From: Candidatus Jordarchaeales archaeon
Lineage (GTDB): Archaea > Asgardarchaeota > Jordiarchaeia > Jordiarchaeales > Freyrarchaeaceae
Assembly (NCBI GenBank): GCA_038889235.1
Contig: JAWAHN010000001.1
Span: 30,001 to 62,000, forward strand
Length of the DNA stretch: 32,000 nt
Direction of reading: 5' to 3'
Below, piece by piece: positions 10,105 through 17,328 of the stretch (positions are counted from its first letter, which is position 1; each line of letters starts with the position of its first letter). The notes under the pieces were generated by a model. It searched no databases. It saw only the letters and a program-made list of their open reading frames with translations, and was not told where the DNA came from. The position numbers and the translations under genes were made by a program.

Positions 10105-10572
10105 TCAACTCGAATCTACCAGCTTCACACCGTTCTCGCAAAAGGAGCCTTTTCTCGCTTCAACTATCTTTTCGGCGAGCTTTTCAACGCAACTCAAAAG
10201 TGTGTCTCTATCGCCAGCCATTACAGCTCTCACTATGATTAACGCGTCGAAATTAGGGAGGTACCGCTCAACAAGCTCTTCTACAATGCAGATGATCAAA
10301 GCCTTGGCAGAGCTTTCAAATCCGCCGAGCGCCCTGACCATCTTTTCGAATGACCCTCTAGGGTTTTCCAAGAAACTTTTCATAACTTCAATAGAGTCCT
10401 CTGAGCCGAACTCGTCCATTATCATGTCACATAACGTCTTAATGCAAATGGAGCCGTAAGCCAGTTTAGAATTCTTCAAGCATTCGTCAATCTCCATTAA
10501 GATTATTTTAGAGATATTTAACAAGTCCATAATGTCAGTCACCACATTCGTGCAAAATAAACACGACATCAA
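10105..10572 (-). CDS. Small helical hypothetical protein resembling the DUF3227/NitrOD-type archaeal output domain
   Basis: FLENPRGSFEKMVRALGGFESSAKALIICIVEEL resembles the recalled 'P..f...L..ifG..a..ie..i...l' pattern; AT-rich promoter region upstream. Confidence 0.55.
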   Translation of the reverse strand: MMSCLFCTNVVTDIMDLLNISKIILMEIDECLKNSKLAYGSICIKTLCDMIMDEFGSEDSIEVMKSFLENPRGSFEKMVRALGGFESSAKALIICIVEELVERYLPNFDALIIVRAVMAGDRDTLLSCVEKLAEKIVEARKGSFCENGVKLVDSS

Positions 10573-10818
10573 GCATTAATAAATATTTCCATTAGAATAG
10601 TTTAAAATATAATCAAATACATTGACGTGGCAGATAATTTATTTATTTTTTATTGTTTTTGGATAAAAATGTGAAAAATTTTGAAATAGTTGTGATTTTT
10701 GGTGATTTTCTGTATTATGATTCCTTTCTCGTCTTGGGTGTTGTGACCCGCGGGGGAAAACTTTTTTCTTTTGGTGTACGGCTTCTGTTGTCATGGTTAC
10801 CGCTGGCGGGGGCGGTAG

Positions 10819-11241
10819 TTGTTGGCGGTCATCTCCAAGCGAGTTAGGTTTTCGACGAAGGGAGAGGTGGACATGATCGATATTACAGGTGTTGTTCAGA
10901 AGGCTGTCGAGGAGTCGGGGCTGAAAAAGGGTATTGTGACGGTTTTTGTTCCAGGGTCAACGGGGGCGGTAACCACTATAGAGTACGAGCCCGGGCTTGT
11001 CAAGGATTTCTCGAGGGTGCTTGAGAGGGTGGCTCCTAGAAACGAGGAGTATGAGCATCATTTGAGGTGGCACGACTGGAACGGGCACAGCCATTGCAGG
11101 GCTGCTCTGCTAGGCCCAAGTCTCACCGTCCCGTTTGACGGGGGTGTTCTCCAGCTTGGAACCTGGCAGCAGATAGTTTTCGTGGAGCTCGATGTTAGGC
11201 CGAGGGAAAGAGAGTTAATACTCCAGATAATCGGTGAGTAG
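10819..11241 (+). CDS. yjbQ: YjbQ family protein (secondary thiamine-phosphate synthase, UPF0047)
   Basis: VFVPGSTGAVTTIEYEPG, NGHSHCRAALLG and LGTWQQIVFVELD motifs. Confidence 0.93.
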   Translation: MLAVISKRVRFSTKGEVDMIDITGVVQKAVEESGLKKGIVTVFVPGSTGAVTTIEYEPGLVKDFSRVLERVAPRNEEYEHHLRWHDWNGHSHCRAALLGPSLTVPFDGGVLQLGTWQQIVFVELDVRPRERELILQIIGE

Positions 11242-11259
11242 TTTCTCTCCGCTTAAGGG

Positions 11260-12135
11260 ATGCTGGCCATGAAGGTTGGCAGGAAGGCGTTCAAGCGGTT
11301 GTTAGATGAACTGGAATTCGATAGCCTCCTCCAATTGATGACTAGTTGGGGGATTAGCGTTGGAGGAGTTGAGGATAGGGAGGAGGTGTTTAGGAGGGTT
11401 TGGGAGGCGGGGGTAACGCCCGTCAGGCTTGAGGACCTACTGGCGGTTCTCGACCTGAAGCAAAGCTTAGCGTCCACTTTTTGGCGTGTTTATACTTTTC
11501 AGCGCTCTGGCGGCCTTATTAGAGCTGGAACTGTGGAGCGTAGACTTAACAGGGAGCTAAGCAAGAGACTTAATGGAGCCAGCGGTACCGGCTACTTTAG
11601 GGCTCTGAACATGAGCGGGTTCGTCTACGTCTTTTACAGGTTTGAGAGGGATGAGCTTGTTGGAGAAGCGGAGGGGGTTAGGATAGGGCGCAGAGTTTGC
11701 CACATGAAGTCCATCGTGGGTGACAGATTGCTTCTGGTTGAAGACGCCGGGTGGCTTGAGTGGGTTTTAGACCTGTTTTCGATTGCCCTAAGAGCCGAGC
11801 TTAACGTAGTGACATTCCCCCCTTTCCTGCTGAGGGAGATCGCTGAGCGGAGCATTGTCAAGCGTGCAGTCCTTTTCCTCGACGGACAGATAACAGGCGC
11901 CCCGGGGCTAAGCAGGGTGACCGTGGAAGGGGATAACGTCGTTAAGGGAGCCGAGAAGCTTAGATCACGTCAGGAACTAAACTTTTGGTCCGCCGGCCCC
12001 CTTCTCGAGGTAGAAACCGACGAGTTCGCGTTTTCAGCGGACGGGCGGGTGAAGGTAAAAGAGGGGGGAATAGCTGGAGTAAAGAAGATGCTGCTGTTCA
12101 TAAAGGATCTGCTAGAATCCCTAGAGAAAACGTAG
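11260..12135 (+). CDS. Hypothetical protein; candidate archaeal homologue of kinetochore CENP-N/Chl4
   Basis: The ORF is solid (18 bp after yjbQ; alternative ATG 11269). The family call rests on a by-eye pattern match to recalled CENP-N/Chl4 sequences (see finding). Confidence 0.55.
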   Translation: MLAMKVGRKAFKRLLDELEFDSLLQLMTSWGISVGGVEDREEVFRRVWEAGVTPVRLEDLLAVLDLKQSLASTFWRVYTFQRSGGLIRAGTVERRLNRELSKRLNGASGTGYFRALNMSGFVYVFYRFERDELVGEAEGVRIGRRVCHMKSIVGDRLLLVEDAGWLEWVLDLFSIALRAELNVVTFPPFLLREIAERSIVKRAVLFLDGQITGAPGLSRVTVEGDNVVKGAEKLRSRQELNFWSAGPLLEVETDEFAFSADGRVKVKEGGIAGVKKMLLFIKDLLESLEKT

Positions 12136-12229
12136 TGCTCATTCTGGGCGGCCATAGCAGTGCTTCCACAAGCACGGCGCCCTATAAGCTTCGAAAATTT
12201 ATGCTCTGAAAGGGACCTAAAATTCTAAC

Positions 12230-12243
12230 GAAAGTTTTATTAA
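12230..12243 (+). promoter_or_regulatory. BRE/TATA-like promoter upstream of the KaiC-like cluster
   Basis: GAAAGTTTTATTAA in an AT-rich intergenic gap, matching the GAAA-N-TTTAWA pattern that recurs upstream of other genes here. Confidence 0.5.
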
Positions 12244-12366
12244 ATTTTTTATTTCACTCTAATTGCTGAACAAGGTGAAACTAGCTGGAAGTTTTGGGGC
12301 CCTTAGAGCCGATTGATGATCTGACACTTGTGCGGTGTTAAGATTGTTTGAAGTGGAGGTTTTGTT

Positions 12367-13086
12367 TTGGAGCGAGTGAAAACTGGAGTTGAAGGGCTTG
12401 ACAAAATTCTTGGTGGAGGAGTTCCCAAGGGCTCGAGCGTGTTGGTGACTGGTGGGACGGGTACTGGTAAGACGACGCTTGTTATGCAGTTCCTGATGGA
12501 AGGGTTGCGGAACGGTGAAAGCTGCCTCCTGATTACGTGCGAGGAGGAGCCGCGCAGGCTGTACATAGAGATGAAGCAGCTCGGGTGGGATTTCGAAAAG
12601 TTTGAGAAAGAGGGGAAGCTTGTGGTGATTGACGCCGCAAGCACTAAAGTCGGTATGCCGACCACCACTATATATAAAGAGTTACAGCCGAAAAGCACTA
12701 GCATAGACATGGACCTAGTAGTCCTCATAGGTAAAGCGATAAAGGAATGCAATGTTAAGAGGGTTGCCCTTGACTCTGTGCCAGCGCTAGCCCTAAGGGT
12801 TAGAAAAGCAGAGACGTTGAGGGAGTTGTTGTTCAGGGTGTACTCTATGTTGGAGCGCTTTGATTGCACGAGCTTTGTTGTGACGGAGATACCGGAGGGG
12901 AAGAGCGCCCTTAGCAGGTATGGTGTGGAGGAGTTCCTCTCGAGTGGAGTTATAAAGCTCTCCCTTCAGAAGGAGGGGGAAAAGTGGGTTAGGAAGATGC
13001 AAGTGGTGAAGATGAGGGGGACGAAGCACGACCTTAACGAGCACACGTTTGAAATAGCGGAGGGAGGGATAAGGCTTAAGGATTAA
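12367..13086 (+). CDS. Single-domain KaiC-like (RecA superfamily) ATPase
   Basis: RVKTGVEGLDKILGGG, Walker A GGTGTGKT, CEEE acidic pair, Walker B VALDS, SRYGVEEFLSSGVIKL, and the finger motif MQVVKMRGT; TTG start after GGAGG. Confidence 0.92.
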   Translation: MERVKTGVEGLDKILGGGVPKGSSVLVTGGTGTGKTTLVMQFLMEGLRNGESCLLITCEEEPRRLYIEMKQLGWDFEKFEKEGKLVVIDAASTKVGMPTTTIYKELQPKSTSIDMDLVVLIGKAIKECNVKRVALDSVPALALRVRKAETLRELLFRVYSMLERFDCTSFVVTEIPEGKSALSRYGVEEFLSSGVIKLSLQKEGEKWVRKMQVVKMRGTKHDLNEHTFEIAEGGIRLKD

Positions 13087-13113
13087 TTTGAGGAGCACCT
13101 AAGTCTCCCTCTG

Positions 13114-14514
13114 ATGGGTGAAATATCTATGGAGAAACAGATGGGCGCCGGGGAGGAGTTGAAGGGTGGAGTTGTTAAGAGCGGGATTGAAGGCTTAGAT
13201 GAAATCCTCGACGGCGGATTTGACCCGGGAAACGTTACTCTCCTAGCAGGCCCTCCCGGCTCCGGTAAGAGCATAATGTCAGCTCAGTTTATCTACAATG
13301 GCGTAGTGATGTATGGTGAAACTGGTATCTACGTGAACTTCAGCGAGAGCAAAAGCGACTTCATGAGGAACATGGCGAGGCTTGGAATGGATTTTAGCCG
13401 CCTTGAGGAGGAAGGGCGCTTCAAGTTCATTGACGCTTACAACATTTTCAGTAAGAGGAGCCTGGACCTTATAGTATCTCACATATTAGACGAGATTACA
13501 ACATTTAGGATTAGAAGAATGGTGTTAGACCCAATAAACGCCATTACGGCACTAATGGATAAGGAGGAGCTTAGAGCATTCGTAATCACCACAATTATGG
13601 GTATCTGTAAGGTTAACAATGTGACATGCATGCTCGTGAGCAATCAGCACCAAGGAATGGTGGATGAGAAGCTCGCCGAGCTGGCTTTCATGTGTGACGT
13701 TGTAATCAGGCTTGAAACCAAAATGGTAGGGGACGTCGTTGAAAGGTTTCTCGTTGTGGAGAAGGCTAGAGGGAAGAGGAACATTGTTTCGAGGACGGAG
13801 TACCTTATAACTGATAGCGGTATAGTAGTTTTCACGCTTCCATCGAGGCCTCTCGCAAAAGAGAGGTGGTTGGAGGAGAGTGTCGGCATAGGACACGTGG
13901 AGTTTGACGAGAAAGTGTTAATGGGAGGCGTTAAGAGGGGGACTGTGACGCTTATCTCAGGGCCGGGAGGGGTGGGAAAAAGTGTTTTGCTGGTTGAGTT
14001 CGCCGCTTCGGGAGTTCTCAGAGGGGAAAGAGTGCTCTATGTCACGTTCAGGGATTTGAAAGGAGTGGAGAAGGCTTTCAGTGGTAGGGGTTATAATATT
14101 GAAGAGCTTAAGAGGACTGGGTTAAAGCTCATCGAGTTCCAACCATTTAAGGTTACTCCTGGAATGATGTTGGTAACGTTGAAAAAGGTGTTGGACGACT
14201 TCCAGCCAAGTAGGGTGGTGGTGGAGGAAGTAGCGTCATTAAGATGGCTTCCTAGAGAAGAGTACTGCCGACTGATAAACAAAATGGTATCCCTCTTTAA
14301 GAGCTACAATGTAACCGCGATGATAAGTTCCGGAATTGATACGAACGTTATGGAGGCTGATGAATTCATGGCAGCCGACAACGTGATCCATATTTGGAGG
14401 GAGAGGAAAGGGGGAGAAGCCGTTAGAAAGATTTCCGTTATCAAAATGAAGGGTGTTCATGACAGGAGAATAAGGGAGCTTGTTTACGGGGAAGGAGAGA
14501 TTAAGGTTTTCTAG
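13114..14514 (+). CDS. Two-domain KaiC-like ATPase
   Basis: Two RecA/KaiC repeats with Walker A GPPGSGKS and GPGGVGKS, and finger motifs VEKARG and VIKMKG; alternative start ATG 13129. Confidence 0.92.
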   Translation: MGEISMEKQMGAGEELKGGVVKSGIEGLDEILDGGFDPGNVTLLAGPPGSGKSIMSAQFIYNGVVMYGETGIYVNFSESKSDFMRNMARLGMDFSRLEEEGRFKFIDAYNIFSKRSLDLIVSHILDEITTFRIRRMVLDPINAITALMDKEELRAFVITTIMGICKVNNVTCMLVSNQHQGMVDEKLAELAFMCDVVIRLETKMVGDVVERFLVVEKARGKRNIVSRTEYLITDSGIVVFTLPSRPLAKERWLEESVGIGHVEFDEKVLMGGVKRGTVTLISGPGGVGKSVLLVEFAASGVLRGERVLYVTFRDLKGVEKAFSGRGYNIEELKRTGLKLIEFQPFKVTPGMMLVTLKKVLDDFQPSRVVVEEVASLRWLPREEYCRLINKMVSLFKSYNVTAMISSGIDTNVMEADEFMAADNVIHIWRERKGGEAVRKISVIKMKGVHDRRIRELVYGEGEIKVF

Positions 14515-14542
14515 GCTTTGAAGGAGGCTGAGTGAAGGAGGA

Positions 14543-15187
14543 GTGAACTTGTTTAGAGGAGTGGTTGTTGTGAGCTTTGACTACAAGCTTGGACCTATCG
14601 TGGAGGCAACGTTCCCCGAAGGGGTTGTTCCGAAGGAGTCCTTATGGGACCTAGCTGTGGATGTTTGGATGAGCATTTTTTCAGGGGAGATAACTGAGGA
14701 TTCCAACCAGAAAATTTACGGTAACCTTGGAAGACTCGCATTTATATCTTTCTGCGAGAACAGCGAGAACTACGCCGTGATCGCTTTGTTCGATGAAAGT
14801 GACGGGGGGACAGTTTGGCAGTTCAAAGACACGTTAAAAGAAGTTATAGGTAGAGCAGTTGAAAACCTAAGGAAGGGAACTAGAAGTACGGACGTTGCAC
14901 GAACCGTTTACGAAGAGATAAACGGGATAATCGCCGGGCCAAGAAAATTGCCGATCGAAGTGTACAATGACGTTACGAGGATGTACGACGCGTTAGGGAA
15001 CATTCTGAAACTAGTGAACGAGGTCAAGGAGAGTGATGTTAAAAATAAGTTGATCACTGCTGTGGCGGAGTTGTCTGATAGAATAGCGGACCTCGTGCTC
15101 AACCTGGCTTCACTCTGGGGGGACAGAGAAATTATAAATTCACTAATCCGCAAAGCGGAGGGGGCGGAGTTGAAAGGGGTGAGATAA
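14543..15187 (+). CDS. uDENN/longin-like domain protein (paralog A)
   Basis: N-terminal VVVVSFDYKLGPIVEATFP matches the uDENN hallmark 'hhhh.FD...GP.h...aP'; helical C-terminal tail; GTG start after AGGAGG. Confidence 0.65.
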   Translation: MNLFRGVVVVSFDYKLGPIVEATFPEGVVPKESLWDLAVDVWMSIFSGEITEDSNQKIYGNLGRLAFISFCENSENYAVIALFDESDGGTVWQFKDTLKEVIGRAVENLRKGTRSTDVARTVYEEINGIIAGPRKLPIEVYNDVTRMYDALGNILKLVNEVKESDVKNKLITAVAELSDRIADLVLNLASLWGDREIINSLIRKAEGAELKGVR

Positions 15188-15189
15188 AA

Positions 15190-15705
15190 TTGCGTCCGTC
15201 GGAAATCCAGTGTTTTCAGAGGAGGATAGTGTTGAGGGACGGGTCAAGGGTTTTGATAAGGGCGCTGACTCCTGCTGATGCGGCAAAGCTGCTGAGATTC
15301 TACAGCTTGCTGTCGACCGAGACAAATTACTTGCGCTTCCTTAATTACAGGCCTTCTTCGAGCTGGGTACTGGAGGGGCTTGCAAACGTCAACTTCGAGG
15401 ATAATGTAGCCCTTGGAGCTTTCACCGAGGATGGGGAGCTGATTGGCGACGCAAGGTTCTCGCTTGACAGGAAAACCGGGAGAGCTGAAATAGGGATAGT
15501 AGTTGCAGACGAGTGGCAAGGGAAGGGGTTGGGGCTGAACATGATCCAGACGCTTGGCTACATAGCTATGAGGATGGGTGTTAGGACGCTTTACGCAACA
15601 GTATCCCCAGTCAACTACTTCGTAGCCGCAGCCCTTAGAAGCGCAGGGTTTAGAAGGGTTAAAGCCGAAATATTGGAAGAAAGAATTTTTGAGGCAGACC
15701 TCTGA
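15190..15705 (+). CDS. GNAT acetyltransferase, similar to the GNAT domain of Pat-type protein lysine acetyltransferases
   Basis: LRDGSRVLIR, ETNYLRF, AEIGIVVADEWQGKGLG (acetyl-CoA-binding motif A) and LRSAGF. Confidence 0.9.
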   Translation: MRPSEIQCFQRRIVLRDGSRVLIRALTPADAAKLLRFYSLLSTETNYLRFLNYRPSSSWVLEGLANVNFEDNVALGAFTEDGELIGDARFSLDRKTGRAEIGIVVADEWQGKGLGLNMIQTLGYIAMRMGVRTLYATVSPVNYFVAAALRSAGFRRVKAEILEERIFEADL

Positions 15706-15818
15706 AAAAGCTTCAGTTCGCAAGCATCACGGCAGTTTTCAAAAAAAATCGCAATATCTGAGAGAAAAAATAAAAATTTTAAGTGAATGACCAACTATAT
15801 TTTGTCGGAGGCGTTCGT

Positions 15819-16460
15819 TTGAGTTCGACTGTCGAGATAAAATTTCAGGTTCAATGCCGTGGAGTTATGCTCATAAGGTTTGATTACATTGTAGGACCAT
15901 TGGTGGAGAAAATCTTTCCTCACGGCATCATACCCGAGGAATTGTTGTGGAATCTCGCCCTCGATGTTTGGATGAGCATGGGAACTAAAAGCATGGAGGA
16001 AGGGTATAGTACCACAGTGTTTCTTAAGGACATTAACATGTTCGCCTGCCTGGTTTCAGGGGGGAGTGGCGGAGGGACACCGTACGTCATGGCAGCCCTA
16101 TTTAACCCTGAGGGTATGGGCAGCTTCTGGAGTGTTAGAGATAAAGTTGCTGGAGCCCTACTTGAACACATTAAAAGGATTAGGAGAGGAGAGGACGTTG
16201 AAAAAGTAGTTACAGAGGCGTACGACGCGGTGGTTAAAACCACGTTGGGCCCTGTGAACGTGGGAATTTCCAGCACCTTTCTACATGACACGGCGAAGTT
16301 CGTCGCAAAACTGGTGTTCCACGTTCAAAGCACAGGCAAGTGGGACAACGAACTAAGAGAGATGCTGAGAAGTTACGTGGAGCGCCTCGCAGACGAAGCA
16401 AGCAAGACAAGTAACAACGAAGTACTCAGAGAGCTTGTCAAATTGAAACCTTTCTTGTAG
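15819..16460 (+). CDS. uDENN/longin-like domain protein (paralog B)
   Basis: RGVMLIRFDYIVGPLVEKIFP; 24/40 identical to the start of paralog A. TTG 15819 lies 7 nt after GGAGG (frame opens at 15783). Confidence 0.65.
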   Translation: MSSTVEIKFQVQCRGVMLIRFDYIVGPLVEKIFPHGIIPEELLWNLALDVWMSMGTKSMEEGYSTTVFLKDINMFACLVSGGSGGGTPYVMAALFNPEGMGSFWSVRDKVAGALLEHIKRIRRGEDVEKVVTEAYDAVVKTTLGPVNVGISSTFLHDTAKFVAKLVFHVQSTGKWDNELREMLRSYVERLADEASKTSNNEVLRELVKLKPFL

Positions 16461-16530
16461 GTAGGACTTTAACTTGGGAAATTTTGTCGAGTGAGGGTTT
16501 AGTTTCTCAGCCGACCACTCCAAGTGGCTA

Positions 16531-16587
16531 AACAGTTTTCATTCATGAACCTGCACTCATTATTGTTTTTTAACAGTTTCATTCATG
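16531..16587. repeat. Imperfect direct repeat AACAGTTT(T)CATTCATG x2, 41-bp period
   Basis: aacagttttcattcatg at 16531-16547 and aacagtttcattcatg at 16572-16587. Confidence 0.8.
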
Positions 16588-16661
16588 CATTGTGTTTCTT
16601 TTTACATTTGTTGCGAAATTTTTATCACACTTACTTTTCTCCAAAATACTTATATCGAAGT

Positions 16662-16675
16662 GAAACCTTTTAAAA
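16662..16675 (+). promoter_or_regulatory. BRE/TATA-like promoter of the longin gene
   Basis: GAAACCTTTTAAAA, ending 27 bp upstream of ATG 16702. Confidence 0.55.
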
Positions 16676-16701
16676 ATACGAGAAAGGTTGGGGTAGTAAA
16701 A

Positions 16702-17190
16702 ATGATTCACAACGTTTACATCATGAGAAGGAGCGGCGAGTGCTTAGTGAGCAGAAAGTACGGTAGTCTCGAGGCGGATGACGACCTCGTTACAGGATTC
16801 CTTAGCGCCATACTAAACTTCAGCGAACAGATAGACGGGGAACGAGTTGAAAGCATAATAATGGGTAACAAGAAGTTCGTCTACACCATAATGAACGACG
16901 TCATATTCATAGCTTACGCAGATAAAGAAGACTCGGTTAAGGAGAGCCTGGAACTTCTAGGACAGAGGTTCTTAGAGAAGTACGGTGATGCGCTCAAAAA
17001 CTGGAGTGGAGACAAGAGCATATTTGAGGACTTCACGAGCACCATGGACGAAATATTGGGGGAGAAGGGAGGGAGCAGGGACCTGAAACTGGATGAGGTT
17101 ATTGATAAGCTGAAGAAAGGTACGATCTCGGCGACAGAGGCGACACAGCATCTCGTCGAATTCTTCCTCAAAAAAGTTAAAAGTAAGTGA
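16702..17190 (+). CDS. Longin-like domain protein (adaptin sigma/mu N-terminal-like) with a short helical C-terminal tail
   Basis: MIHNVYIMRRSGECLVSRKY...LVTGFLSAILNFSEQI is the typical Asgard longin signature. The 16585-16701 extension in the ORF track is promoter sequence. Confidence 0.8.
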   Translation: MIHNVYIMRRSGECLVSRKYGSLEADDDLVTGFLSAILNFSEQIDGERVESIIMGNKKFVYTIMNDVIFIAYADKEDSVKESLELLGQRFLEKYGDALKNWSGDKSIFEDFTSTMDEILGEKGGSRDLKLDEVIDKLKKGTISATEATQHLVEFFLKKVKSK

Positions 17191-17328
17191 GCAAGCGAAC
17201 AGTAAGGAAAGAGTAGTGTAGAAAGGGGGCGCTCAAAGTTAGTTGACAAGTTCTCCATCGTTTTAAAAACGTGATTTTAAAGCTGCAATTTTCAAATGGT
17301 TTAAATTATTTTGGGTGTTCGAACAGTT

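Noticed and set aside
12313-12324. TGATGA-t-CTGA resembling box C and box D of a C/D sRNA
   Set aside because: The boxes are only 1 nt apart, with no guide region or D'/C' pair, so they cannot form a C/D sRNA.
12367-14514. Circadian clock (kaiABC) or RadA/RadB recombinase
   Set aside because: No kaiA or kaiB in the window and no S/T phosphosites; the K-M/A-R-G finger and overall pattern are KaiC-like, and the RadA N-terminal HhH domain is absent.
11260-14514. CENP-N-like and KaiC-like genes as one segregation operon
   Set aside because: They are separated by 231 bp containing their own TATA-like elements; a functional link is unsupported without synteny data.
16585-16701. N-terminal extension of the longin ORF in the track
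   Set aside because: AT-rich, non-coding composition that contains the BRE/TATA; the longin signature begins at ATG 16702.
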